From: the human T2T-CHM13v2.0 reference genome, Homo sapiens
Strand: one strand, 5' to 3'
Assembly: GCF_009914755.1 (NCBI RefSeq)
Contig: NC_060940.1
DNA length: 64,000 nt
Shown: positions 40,995-54,110 of the stretch, piece after piece
Position numbering within the stretch: the stretch's first letter is position 1
Layout: each line of letters opens with the position of its first letter
Made by a program: the position numbers and the translations under genes
Notes under the pieces: model-generated
Databases searched by the model: none
What the model was told of the DNA's origin: nothing
Seen by the model: only the letters and a program-made list of their open reading frames with translations

Positions 40995-41076
40995 CACCTT
41001 ATGGAGTTTGCCAATCCTGGTGAGATTTCTAAGGAGACCTTAAAATGTCAAGAGGGACTTTGGTATTACTCTAGAA

Positions 41077-41298
41077 CAAGGTTTTTCTCAACCTCAGCAG
41101 TGCTGACTTTGGAAGCCAGATAATTCTTTGCTGGGTAGCTGTCCTATGCAGTGTAGATGTCTGGCAGTGTCCCTAATCACTGCCTGCTGGATGCCAGTAG
41201 TACCCCAACACGTTGCCCCTAGTTGTGACAAGCAAAAATGTCTCCAGATACTGTCAAATGTCCCCAGAGAGAAAAATCAATTCCAGTTGAAATCTATT
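41077..41298 (+). mobile_element. MER20 hAT MITE
   Basis: ttctcaacctcagcagtgctgac...gataattctttg...aaaaatgtctccagatactgtcaaatgtcccc. Confidence 0.9.
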
Positions 41299-41929
41299 GT
41301 TCTAGAGGAAGGAAAGATTAAGCTGGTAGTTAGGGGAAGAAGGGGGTTTCAGGGAAATTTAAGTTTCACGAAGCATGAGAAATGACTGATTTGCAGTCAG
41401 CTGGGAAGTTGTATGAAGGAGATAAGCTGGGATATTTGGAGCAGAGAAATCTCCAATAAAAGAATCTGGGTGCTGAATGCACTGAAAAGGAAGATGTTGG
41501 TTTAGCACAATTCTGAGGACAGAAATCTCCAAAGCCTCTCTCTTTGTTGTTGTGGGAAGTGAAGTGGAGCTGTTACAGTCAGAAGTTGAAGGTAGAACCT
41601 TGGATTTATGCACAGACTTTAGTTTCTCAATTTCCAAACAAAGTGAAAGAAAATCTCTCATCTCTTCCTGGCATGCTTGGAAATAAAAGTGAATGGAGAA
41701 AGGAGACAAAAACCAGTTTTAGGAGCCTGCATTGTCTCTATCTCAATAACTTCATCACCATGCTGTACATTCTAGTAATTAAAATTCATTGACACACTAG
41801 AGATCCTTCTATGGGTGAGGAAGCTTGCTGGGCCAAGACAATGCTAAAGGTTGGGAGTGGGGTAAGCATCAGAAAAATGCTGAGCAGGAGGTACCAGAGT
41901 TAACAGTGGTCTCTGAGGCTTGGGGTGAA

Positions 41930-42097
41930 GTGTCTTACCAGCCCACTGCAATCAATTGTTAGTGTCTACTAGAAGTGCTGTATTGAGAAAACTGCTTCTT
42001 CTCTCAACAGAGGGAAAAGCGCTATAGTTGATTAGTGATGTCTGCATGGGAAAGTTAAGCGGAAGTAGAAGCGCGTGTGTAGTATCTACTAGCCTGG
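41930..42097 (+). mobile_element. MER102-like hAT fragment
   Basis: gtgctgtattgagaa...gttgattagtgatgtctgcatggg. Confidence 0.5.
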
Positions 42098-42294
42098 ATT
42101 AAAGTTCCCTCGACTACATGCCATCACAATTTCAATTAAATAAGTGAATGAATGAATGACTTTCATATATTTAATTTTGTCAAAGAACAATCTAGGATAT
42201 CTGCTTAGCTACTATTTCCGGTATACATAAATACAATTTCAACAATTGATTTTCAGACTTGTTTGTAGGCATATTTATTTATTTATTTATTTGG

Positions 42295-42700
42295 TAATCA
42301 CACATCCTTTTTCCATTTCCACTGAGTTTATAATGTGTGTCAGGTCATGTGCTAGGCCATGGATAAATATACACCTCATGGAATTCATAGCTTGGTGTGA
42401 GACAAAAATCTCTCAAGAATACAAATAGATCAACAGGTAATTGTAAATTTTGACAAGTGCTCTGAAGAAAAAGAATGGGACACTGTAAGAGTAAATATGC
42501 AAAATGGGCTATTTAATCTGGGACTTGATCAAGAATTAGGAGAAGGGAGACCAACAGGGTTGATGTCCCTATGGTGGAAATGAGATTGATATGTTCCAGA
42601 AACAAAAAGGAGACCAGAGCACAGAGGGAGAGGTGGGCAAACGTGGCCCTAGATGAGCTTGCAGAGAAGTTTAGGAGCAAGATAACACAGGGCTTTCTGT
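42295..42700 (-). mobile_element. L2 fragment
   Basis: actgagtttataatgtgtgtcagg...cctcatggaattcatagc...gacaagtgctctgaag. Confidence 0.65.
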
Positions 42701-44617
42701 TACCTTGCTTAAGCGGTGGTGGGAGAATACACAGTAAGTTCCCTGAGGGCAGGGACTATGCATATTCTGTTAGTTTCTCCATCCTCCAGATCTCATATAC
42801 TTCCTGGAACATATTAAATGCTTAGTAAATATGTGATAAGTGAACATGAGTGACTGGGAAGAAAGGGGCTTAGAATTATTCAAGGTCTACTATGTTGAGT
42901 ACTTTAAAAAGCAATCCCACTTACCCTCCGAAAAAGATGTGATAGTCATTGCACAAGAGAAGAAGTCAAGAACCCAGAGAGGTTATGAAAATATTCCAGA
43001 ATCAGTTAACCACTAAGTGACAGAGCCAGGATTCAAACATGAGTCTCTGCAGTTTTCCTCATGCAAAAGGACTGTATTTCGAATCAGAAGGCCAGAGTTG
43101 GGATCATGAATTTGTTGCTCATTGTAAGATATTTGATCTCTGGCAAACCACTTGTTCCTTTTACACTTGAGTTTGCTCCTCTGTAAAATCAGGCTCACCT
43201 CTGCCCAGGCTCACCTCTGATCACCTCATTGGATTAGCTTGATGAACAAACAGGAGAATGTATGAGAAATCTTCTTGACCTAACTGTAATCCTTGAAATG
43301 TGTCCAGGCTTTGTAGTTTGGAGTTATTTCATTTAGGTCAGTTTTGTCAGTGTGCTGGGAGGTAAACAAAATCTGAAAAGGTTTTGCATCTCTTGAAAAA
43401 TAGTGCTACATTTACTTAATTTTTGGAAGTCTATTATGGCACAAATTGTGATGATTCACTTGGCAAGTTCTACAATACTCAGAGATGCTTCTAATTCGGA
43501 CACAAATCCTGGCTCAAGACATCATTTCAGACCAAGTCTCAGAGTCTCTGGCACATCTCAGGTGATGACTGAAGGTACTATCTTCCACAAAGGACAGAAG
43601 AGGTGATGGAACCTCGGCTTTCTCTGTGGTTGGAAAGCCTAAGTCAAATTTTAGCCTGAGATTTGGAAGCAGGTTGAGGGAGGAAGAGGCAGTGAATCTT
43701 GATGCATGCAAACCCCATGTAGTATTGCCAGCTGCTGCCAGTGACTCACCCTTGTTCTCACCCAAACGTCTGTGAAAACGTGGTCTAGAATACGTATGTG
43801 GCTTACCTGGCTGCATAAACAGGGACAGGGGAGATATGGCCCAAACCAGCATGTCTGAGGTTAGCCACGTCTACTTGAAGAATACCTTTTCTTGAAGTGA
43901 GAATCATTTGTCTTGGTTTCATTTAATAGTTATCATTAATACGTTGCAAAGGGGTAAGTAGAAAACTGCTTTTCAATAACTAGTCTAGAGAAAGGATAGG
44001 TTTAGTAGCCAAAACATAACATGGTAGCCAGAAGGAAAAATTTAAACCAGTTGTTTTCAAACTTTAGTGGACATGGTATTACTGTGAACCTGGTTTATAG
44101 GAAACTTTCTCAGCGCCAGCCCTTCAGTTTGATTCAGTAAGCAATTCTGCATCAGGCACTTGCAAAATTTCACCCGGGGAACACTCCTTGAAAATATTTC
44201 CTGGTCATCACCTGCTTATAACATTTTGAGAGTTTCTTTTTTTCTTTTTCTGCCTTGGAATAGACCTACGATTTCAGTCCATTTTGAAAGATTCTCAGCA
44301 GAAAAAGACAAGAGGCTAAACAAGAGCTTCAAATAGGAGTGGTCCAGCACGTCTTCAAAAAAGTAGACATATCTGCACCCTTTTCTCCATGTCTGTTCCC
44401 TCAAACTTACCCTGTTTCTCTTTTGCTTTTATAAGTAATTTTATTTTTCATTCTGCTGAAAGCATCTCTGCTTCGATGTCTTCCTATTAGGGTACCTGTT
44501 TCCTGATATATCAAACATAGTCACTGGGACAGGGACTGCGTATACCAGGAAGCTCCTCTGTTTCAGGTGTGTCTCCTTTGCAATACCTGAAGACTTTCAT
44601 TGAAAAACTAAGAATCA

Positions 44618-44890
44618 TCTGTTTTAGTCAGAAGAGGCTAGGTTGTACAACAGTAACAAATTCATTCTGAAATTTCAGAAATCTTTACGAAGATTCCCCG
44701 GTCTAGATCAATAGACAGCCCTGCTCCATATGATCACTCAGGGATCCAGGCTAACAGAAACTCCACCATCTTGGAGTTGAATGATCTGAAACACATGGTT
44801 CCAAGGTCATCTCAGCAGGGGAAGAGAGCAAAGAAAGTTACATATTGGCTTTCAGTTGCCTTGTTCCAGAAGTGACACATTGCTGTTTAC
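44618..44890 (-). mobile_element. MLT1J-like LTR fragment
   Basis: tagtcagaagaggctaggttgtacaacagtaacaaa...actcagggatccaggct...ccagaagtgacaca. Confidence 0.7.
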
Positions 44891-46129
44891 CTGTATTCAG
44901 TTCTGTTCTGCTTCCTAGGCACCGAAGATTACCTTTCAACCCCTTGAAGTTAAGTCAGAACCACGTGACTCATTCTGCCAATGAGTTGTGAGCAGTACTA
45001 ATCTCTCCCAAGCAACCAAAGTTGAACCATTGGGCCACCCCATGAAATGAAACATGTACAATTTACTAAGATTTAACCTAAGTATTAATATTAATATATC
45101 CAGCTAGTTAAGATCACCCTAACCTAAGGGTTTCAATTGAATTGCCTCTGTCTGTTTACTACTAAGGTTGACATTTGCTGTTGATTTTTGATGGACAAGC
45201 ATTACCAAGTTAAGAAAGGTTCCTGTACTTCTGTTTTGAAGCAAATGTGGTAGCTTTGTTATAAAATATTAAATAATTAAAGATATAAAAACATGTAGAT
45301 GATATGATACCTGGAAAATTGCAATGTGGCTCTGCTATTAGTTACTAAAGACTTCACACTAATTTGTGATGAAACATTTGCCAGGTGTGGCTGGAGAACT
45401 GTCTGTCCCACTCCAGGTGGATCCTCTTCCTGTTCATCATATGGTTTCTGTGTCATGAAACTATTTTTTCCTAGTGCTCATGTTGATCCCCATTCAAATG
45501 GCTATTTTCTGGGTGACAGAAGCAATATTCTAATTGCAGAGAATTACCAGCTTTGCCCCAGTTGCTGTTTAGTCTTTAAAAACCAGACAATGTCTTTCTC
45601 CACCTTTGCTCATTGTTTACCTGATGACTTAGCATTTTTGTCCCAATTTGTTCCTGCATGCATTTGCACAATGCCAAAGAAAGAATCAAGGTGTGACTTT
45701 CTCCCACCACTCATCTAAGGGTCTGGGGATCCTTTCTACAGAATGCCTACTACAACTGCAATGAGAAGATGCTTTCCTCTCTCTATTTTGGTAAATAAGA
45801 GCATGTTTCAGATCAAGTTCTGCCTAGAATGCTCTCCCTAAAGTCTTTTTCTCTATATCCCGCTTTCTTCTTTTTCTCCAGCTGCAGGAGCTAGAGCTGA
45901 AAGACTAGGTTTGCAGCAGACACGCTGGCATTGGGTGTGAACCAGGCAGCCACAAGAAAATCAGGATTGCTGCTGCTGTGGTTTCCCATGCTCTGCTTGC
46001 CAGTGTCCTAACCTGTCTCCACCTGAGGCTGGGCTCCCAGGTGCCAGGCTTGGCCTTGGTACAAGCAGGGACCTGGGTGAGTGGAGTTGAATGAGCAAGG
46101 CAGGCTTCTTGGTGCAGGAGAAAGAACAC

Positions 46130-46325
46130 TGAGTCTTGGATTCAAATGCAGGCTATGCATTTATTAACTGTGTGACAGGCGGCAAGTCAATTAACCTCTC
46201 TGAGATTAATACACTCTCCCCATGTGCAAACTGGAGAGTAGGTCTTTGCTAGGAGAAATAAGTGAGACATTGTACAAAATTTCTGGGCTAGTGCCTGGTT
46301 CATACAAGGACTTCAAGAAAGGATG
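46130..46325 (+). mobile_element. MIR SINE
   Basis: ggattcaaatgcaggct...ctgtgtgac...ggcaagtcaattaacctctctgag. Confidence 0.7.
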
Positions 46326-47079
46326 TTTTCTAAAAAGGGACTCATTGATTCATCTAATTGGCTGTAAAATGTTTCCAGGTCCATCAGCTACAATGATGAG
46401 CTTACAGCAAACAAAAAGCATTCTGTCTAGTAACAAGATAATGAACCAACAAGGGGCAGGAAAAAAGTTAAACCAGGACGTAGCTAAGGAAAAACAATAA
46501 GAGGCGTGATGGCATATCTTTTCAGATAAGCATCTTCCAGTTTCCAAAGGAGTCCAGAAGCCTTTTAGTTTTCTAATGAATCAACTCCAAAGCATGTGCC
46601 CTGGGAAATCATGATGTGCCTAATCATTTTAGCAACAATCTCTGAGAAATTGGCCATTACTGAAAGTGACCAACCATTTGGTTGGAACAGCCTGAAGCAA
46701 GATTATTAACAGCAAACATGAAGATGATTATTTTAGCAAATTGCCACTGATTGGTAAATTCAGAACACAAAGGCTTCATGCCTGGCTGGAGTCTCTGGGA
46801 AATTATTTTACAGCCATAATAAACACCTACCGCTGAGATATAGAAACCATTTAAATCGGTTTTCTCTCTGTTTGGGGAAGGAGCACAGTCATGGGCAGGG
46901 ATGGGTAGGGATTTGAGAGCGGGGTGAGGTGAAGGGTGCTAGGGAGAGTTTCCATGTCCACCCTGTAGGTTTGGGAGCCCATTTTTCCTATTTGCTGAGC
47001 TAAAGGGAAGTCCATCGGAGTATAAAGCTCAACGTGGGCATAAAATACTGGACACAACCAGCACAATTTTTGCATTATA

Positions 47080-47575
47080 AATTAGTTAGATTTTTGTTTG
47101 TTTGAAAGACAACATAGGCTCAAACCAAAACAATTTAAACAAAAATGGAATATTAGGGATTAGTTAAATGGAAAGTCCTAGGAAAGGGTTAGCTTCAGGA
47201 CTGCCTTGACCAAGGGAATTACTCAGTGGCTCCCAGACTAAATTTTTCTTTGTCAGTTTCCTTAACTTTCTTTCATCTGGGTTGATCCCAGAGTGAGGGA
47301 CCATGGGGCAAATCCAGATGGAATTTTTTCCATTCCAGGTTCATATCCATTTCCCAGGTGACCTGATAAGGGCCCCGCTTTCTATAATTTGGACCCCAAT
47401 CTCATCACATTGAGACTTAGGAATGCAATGTGCTAATTTTCCAGGTTGGAACCAGAACACAGAACCATTCCTGGAGCTAAAACACATGAATGGAGAGAAG
47501 GGGAGAAACTGGCTTCTCTGAAAAAAAAATGAGATATATTAACCAAAAGCAGGGGCTAGAAGGTGGACAGATCCC
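47080..47575 (-). mobile_element. Old MaLR LTR (MLT1K/L-like)
   Basis: aaccaaaacaatttaaacaaaaatggaatatt...ggaaagtcctagg...gcttcagg. Confidence 0.5.
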
Positions 47576-47590
47576 CACCCCATCCCCCAC

Positions 47591-47594
<4 letters not shown>

Positions 47595-47670
<76 letters not shown>
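47595..47670 (+). repeat. Compound microsatellite (TC)16(AC)22
   Basis: Directly visible, uninterrupted. Confidence 0.97.
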
Positions 47671-47672
<2 letters not shown>

Positions 47673-50209
47673 AACATCCACCAGCATGACAACTAACCCC
47701 TTGACTAGAAAAAGACATTTAACACTGCAAGAGGCGAACATCTTGAAGTCATAGACTAATAGATGACATGCTGGCTGGGAAGAGATCTTTAGCAAACATG
47801 AGGCAGTTGCTCTTAATATCTTCATCACTAAAAAGAGGCATGAAAGGAAAAAGTGACTTGTCCAAACAGTGCTTTAATCAGCTTTGCAGCTCAGGGTTTC
47901 TGAGTTGATGCTCAATTCTGTATTCTCTCTGCTTTGTTACTACTTACTCTGGCTTTTAAACATGAAAGTGCATACAGTGCCAAATACATGGCCTTAACCT
48001 CCTATTTGCAAGCTGACACAGAAAGGGCCAAAAACATGAGCACTTGGAGAACAAGAGCAAGGTCCAGGAAGACCAATTCTGATATGCAGCATACACCATC
48101 ACACTGTCGGGCTGTCCATTCTCATCTGTATGGATATGGGCTCAAACTCATCCTCCAACTAGTTTCTGAGTGGCTCTCCCACCAGTCAATCATAGAAGAC
48201 CCCTGAAACAGAACCCGCCTGTCATTTCTAATCTAGTGGGTTCCACCATTCCACTGTTATTCTGTCCCAGGGAAATTCTTCATGAGCTATCTCTGCAGTA
48301 TGGCTCCACAATGTGAAAGGGCTGTAGATTTCAGGATCAAATAGATCTACATTCAAACATCAAAGACAGACACTGAGACAAGGATTTCAGTGCGAAGAAT
48401 TTATTAGGGTGTAATTTTGAGAAGAACTGGTCACAGAGTGAAAAGGCAAGACAAGGAAGCAAGGGCAGTAAATTAAAAAGTAAAAATCAGTTTCAAGAGA
48501 ATGGTGATGGTAGGTAGCTGTAGGTGACTCCTCATGGGGACTCCGGGAGCCTGTGTAGAACAGGGTCCCTTGGAGTTCTCCCATGTTAGGGGCAAAGGGG
48601 GCTTCCCTCCAGGCGTTGGTTGAGGATGTCACTCGGAAATGGACAGAATGGGCTTTGTTGTCCAGAAAATGTTCTTGTGAGAAGAAATGCAGGTGCCAGC
48701 AGTTGAAAGACAGGCTGGTGTACGCTCATGTATACAGGACAGGGTGTGGGCAGGGCCCAGGGGACATCTGTTGTTCATGGTGCTCACTGGATTCATGAAA
48801 CTGGGAGCATCCTCTTACTTTTTCAAGCCTCCTTATTCTCATTTATTAGATAAGGAAGCCGGCACCTTTGTAGGGTTATTCTGCAGCTCACTTGGATAAT
48901 GCTGTCTACGCCTCTGGCTCTTGGAAAGACTCCAACACCATGCTAGTGATTTTTCCCTTGTCTTGTACTTCAGCAATCTCAGAGGAGAAACTGGATTTTA
49001 TAGGACTTCTAGCAGGAGGGCACCACATGATCTCCAACCCAGGATGGAATACCGACTTACAGTGAAACAACATCCAGTGGATTTCCCGCTTCATACAGAA
49101 AAGCAAGTAGATGAGGCTCTATTGGCCAAAGTCTGTGCAAGGTGCTTCATCTATTTAGTAGGATTTAATCTTCATTCTGTTCGGTGACTACTGCAAAGAA
49201 ACAATTAAGCGCAGTGGTGAAACCGTTCATCAAACTGAAAGAAGAACCAAGCTCAGGGCTAAAGGTGGATTCCAGAGGAGTGGGGAAGGGAAAAGGGGTG
49301 GGGAGAGGGCTGAAAGCTGAGAAGAATAATCGCCCTTGTTATCCCTGGTCACTGAGAACTGTCAGCATCACCTTGCCTCTCTCCATCATCTGTTGACATT
49401 CAGACTTCACCATCTGCAGGGATTCGCATGCCTCCAAAACTTTGCACAAGCTTCTCCCTCTGCCTAGAATTCCTTCCTTTCAGTTTTCTAGATGTCTAAC
49501 TTTATCTTGTCCTTTGAGACTCTGACTTCTCTTGCTGCAGGGACCTTCCACGTTCCACAGCCTCCTGGAAACCCAGTAATCTCCACACATCACGGTAAAG
49601 GAGAAGTCAACAGACAATGGCAAGGGATGATAAATTCCATCTCCTCCCCAACAGCTGCCTTTAAGAGAACCAAGCATTCATGGGGTGGCACAGGTCAGAG
49701 AACAGCAAACATTGATTGTATAGGCTCTGGGAGATAGGGAGTGGGCCAAGATCTCTGTGAGTTCGTATTATAAGGGATGTTTCTGGGAGAAGATAAAGTT
49801 GGGGTGGGACATTTGAGAAGTACCCAGGATTGAAACCTACTGCTCAAATGGGAGAGAGCAAGTTGAGTGCCATTGGTGGGGCAGGGGCCAGCTAGGGGAT
49901 GGGGGGGGGGGGCAGGTGGTGAGGGCAACCGGAAGTTAGCAGGATAAGCAGGGCATAGCCAGTCTATGGATGAACGTTCAAGTTTTTACCCCACAGGCAA
50001 TAGGGAGCCTCCAAAATTATGGAGTGACCTGGAAAAATGGCATTTTAAGAATTTGGGGGAGATTAATCTGGTCAAGGTGTGTCAGAGAGATTGCATGCAA
50101 AGCAATGAGTTACAGAGCCATTGCAGAGAACCCCAGGTGTGATGCAGAAGGGGTGCTAGTGTAGTAGAAAGCACCATTGATTACTTTGAGGAATCCGTGT
50201 CCAGGGTAG

Positions 50210-50450
50210 CAGATATTATGGGTGTTCTATCTGCCAGGCACGATTCTACATTATTTTCATTTAATAACTCATTTAATCCTTACAATAGACCTATAGGATA
50301 AATACTGTTATCAACCCTAGTGGTTTGTTTTGTTTTGTTTTTCAGTTGGCAAAAATGAGGTGCTGAGAAGTGAAGTCCCTTGCTCAAGGTCTCTCAGTTA
50401 CAAGATGGTCAGGACTCAAAGGAACCACAGAGCCTGTGCCCTGTGCTGCC
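50210..50450 (-). mobile_element. MIR SINE
   Basis: aactcatttaatccttacaatagacctatagg...aaatgaggtgctgagaagtgaagtcccttgctcaagg. Confidence 0.75.
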
Positions 50451-50461
50451 ATCACAACACT

Positions 50462-50642
50462 AAACAGGAAGACCTGGATTCAAACCCCAGCACCTCAACA
50501 TATGAGTGTTGTGAGTTTGGGAGACTTACTTCTGAACCTCAGTTTCCTTGTCTGTCCAGTGGGGATAATGAAATCTACCTCGTGTCTGCAATATCCAAAT
50601 GACATCAACACTGAGCACCTTGAGGATTCTAATGAATGTTAA
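50462..50642 (+). mobile_element. MIR SINE
   Basis: gacctggattcaaaccccagc...tctgaacctcagtttccttgtctg. Confidence 0.75.
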
Positions 50643-52503
50643 TTCCCCTTCCATTTCAATTTGCCACATCACCTTCTAATTGAAAAATATCCTTGAGAAA
50701 ACAAAAGTCTTTGTGTCCCCAGTGAAGAGGGTGGGGAAGAGGGTGTCGCCTGGGGGAGAGAGCAGCCTTCTCCCCTGCTTTCCCCCCGCATTCCCCCTCT
50801 CTGGCCCACCCTCTCCCAAGATAGGGCTGATTTCTTCCTCAACCCAGTTCATTTAAGGTCTCCACCCCATGGAAGAAACACAGGAATCTGTGGCAGTGAA
50901 CTCAGCAACATTTGTTCTGCAGCCCAAGAATAAACAGAGAAAGCAAGCTCTCTGCGTCTTCAGAAGTGCATTTACTGTACTCGAAACAGATGAGTTCCCT
51001 CTGTTTGCATTAATCGCATGACTATTTGGTCCAATTATTCCTACCACTTCAGCAATCATGGCGTGCTTGTTCGAGAAGAAAGAAATAACAACAGCTTATC
51101 TTGTTGAGAGCAAAGAACAAACAGTGAAAAATCAGGGTGCGTTCCCAAATGCGACACTTGCTGTCATTGTGCTGAAGAGATGATTCCTGTTCTCATAGCA
51201 ACTCGGGTACAGAAAAAAGAGAGAGAGAGAGAGGGCTCTGAAAGGGATTCAGTTGCAATGGTTAAAAACCTTTTCAAAATCAGTCCAAATGGAGATAAAA
51301 CTCTATTTTTATCACCCAGCTCAACTCTGCCTGCCCCCACCAACCTTATCTTCTCACGTTGACTGATTTACATAGGCTTAAATAATTCTTTCAAATAACA
51401 CATTTCATTAGAATAGGGTAATGGACAAAGGACTAAATGCTGTTTAATCCCCTCTCTACAGAGCCCCTAAGGACTGCTAATGTTTTCAAGGGAACACACG
51501 GAGGCTGGTGCTGAAAGAACCAATGCAAAGAACACCACAAGGCAGCTTTGGAGTAAGAGTCAGTGGTCGTAGAAATTCTCTCTTCCCACCAGACCAGGCA
51601 ATCAGAGGTGGCTGTGCCATGGGACAGTGTCTCTCCCAGCTCTCTGCATTTTTTTCCCACATGACCTTTCCCACAATTAGATACAGCAACCAGTAAGAAC
51701 CTGAGGGAAATTATTATTTTTATAATAGATCTGGTCTTGAACCAAGATGCAGTCCATTTTCTGACCTGTTACTGGAATTTCTTGCTCTTGCCTTCCTGTT
51801 TGGTGATCCCCTGGATAAGAAGACAATGGAGTATGTGTTTTGGTACCAAGCCTTGGTCCTCTCTTCAGATGTGTCTGCTATTGCCACCTTCAAGTAACAT
51901 AAAGCTTCACCCAGCCCAGTTGCTACGAACATATCTTCGTACCAACCAACAGAGATTGGCTGTGGTGCCAGAAACAGGGAAGTAAGCTGAGGGCTTTACT
52001 CTCACTGAACTATCATTGTCTGATAAGACCACAGCTGGAAAACAGTGGCATCAACATATCCTTATCAGGACAGGAGGATCTTGCTCTCTTCTGATCAGTC
52101 AATCCCTGTGGGTTGTGAAACAACCTTGTTGATGTCTTATTTGTTAGCAATAACTCAGTGACAAATGTGGGCTCCCTGTGCATTTGAACCCAGAAGGAAT
52201 AAGAAGGAAGCAGAACACAGTTGGTAAGCTGTGTGAACCAAACCTAGAAGAATCATTGAGCATTTGTAAAGAGAATTATTTTATCATTAGCAAGTGAGAT
52301 TCTCTTGCAGCTATAGAGTTTAACAGAAATAGCTGTTTTTATGGTAACACAGTAGTTTACAGATGTAAGGGGTCTCTGCTGAAAGGTTCAGTTCAACAAA
52401 CTAATAGGCATTTATTGACATACTCAAAACTAAACTTTGCAGCCAGAAGCATGGTGCATAAGATACTTTCTTCCCACCGTTGATGTAGCTTAAAAGTGGA
52501 GAC

Positions 52504-53304
52504 CAACAACACCTCTGATCAGTAGAGAAATGCAAATGAAAAGCACAATGAGATACCATTTTATACCAGTCAGAATGGCTATTATTAAAAAGTCAAAAAA
52601 TAACAGATGCTGGTGAGGTTGCAGAGAAAAGGGAAGGCTTATACATTGCTGCTGGGAATGTAAGTTAGTTCAGCCACTGTAGAAAGCAGCGTGGCTGTTT
52701 TTCAAAGAACTTAAAACACAGTTACCCTTCGATCCAGTGCTCCCATTATTGGGTATATACCCACAAGAATATAAATCATTCTACCATAAAGACACATGCG
52801 TTCATATGTTCATCACAGCACTGTTCTCAATAGCAGAGACAGAATCAACCCAAATGCTTATCAATGGTAAACTGGACAAAGAAAATGTGGTACATATACA
52901 CCATGGAAAACAGTGGCATCAGCATATACATATAAGGACAAGAGGATCTTGCTCTGTTAAAGAGGAATGAGATCATGTCCTTTGCAACAACATGTAAAAA
53001 GCTGGAGGCTATTATCCTCAGCGAACTAACACTGGGACAGAAAACCAAATACCATATGTTCTCACTTATAAGTGGGAGCTAAACACTGAGTACACATGAA
53101 CACAAAGAAGGGAAAAACAGACACTGGGGCCCACTGGAAGGTGGAAAGTGGGAGGAGGGAGAGAGTCAGAAAACTACCTATCAAGTACTATGCTGATTAT
53201 CTGGGTGATAAAATAATCTGTACATCAAACCCCTGTGACCTATATAAAAAACCTGCATGTGTACCTCTGAGCCTAAAATGAAAGTTTAACATAGAAATTA
53301 AAAA
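52504..53304 (+). mobile_element. 5'-truncated L1 3' end (older L1PA/L1PB-like)
   Basis: gagaaatgcaaat...cagtcagaatggctattattaaaaagtcaaaaaataacagatgctgg...ttctcacttataagtgggagctaa; probable TSD core agtggagac near 52495 and 53307. Confidence 0.93.
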
Positions 53305-53309
53305 ACAGT

Positions 53310-53770
53310 GGAGACAAGGACATCTCCTAAGTTACAATAACAAAATCATCAATAGACATAAATACAGAGTACAAATACAACATAATATGTAAATATTACA
53401 CTATTGGGCAAGAAATGGCATCCCAGAGAGACATCCCAGAGGATATGATGTCTAAGAAAGGTTTTGAAGAATGAATAGGAGTTTAACAAATGTGTAACAG
53501 GAGTGGAAATATGTTTCAGGTAGAGGAAACCAAATCAGCAGAGGTTAATACTCGAAATATACATAAACAATATGGTGGGCTTGGCTATTTTTAAGATCAG
53601 CATTTGCTAAGTTACACAGCTGAGAAAAGATGAGAAAAATAAAGTTGGGGAAGTAGGGAGTAATTCTAGCAGATGTTTTATATCTTGCTTTATCTCTTAG
53701 AAGATCTGAAACAATTGAAAATTATTAAGAAGGCATGCAACATGGTGAGTTGTGTAATTGAAAACGGTAG
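53310..53770 (-). mobile_element. L2 fragment (continues 52390-52500)
   Basis: ttttgaagaatgaataggagtt...tttcaggtagaggaaac. Confidence 0.6.
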
Positions 53771-53914
53771 AAATAGTGAAGCACTTAAACAGTTAATATG
53801 TTTTTATTGAATTGCTGTTATGTCTCCAAGATTTTGCCAAACGTTGTGTGATATGCAAATAAAGCACAAAAATTGAATCTTATTTTTAAGGAAAAATACA
53901 ATTATTAACATCAT

Positions 53915-54110
53915 CATCAACAACAACATTTATTAAGGGGTTGCTAACTGCCAGGTACTGTTCTATGCACTTTACGGGAATTAACTCACTTACTTAAGCC
54001 TCACTGACCATACAAGATGGTAGTATCATGATCTCCGCTTTACAGATAGGGAGGTGTCATACAGTGAGGTCAAGTAGGTTTCCCAATGTCATACTGCTAG
54101 TAAGAAATGG
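53915..54110 (-). mobile_element. MIR SINE
   Basis: tgccaggtactgttctatgcactttac...ctttacagatagggagg. Confidence 0.75.

Noticed and set aside
43192-43220. Very short tandem duplications (also near 2186, 3938 and 53420)
   Set aside because: Ordinary 12-16 bp slippage duplications.
45326-45718. 130-aa ORF
   Set aside because: Non-ATG start, no recognisable homology and no splice support.
50210-50642. Head-to-head MIR pair as a hairpin
   Set aside because: The copies are too diverged to form a convincing stem, and MIR density makes adjacency unremarkable.
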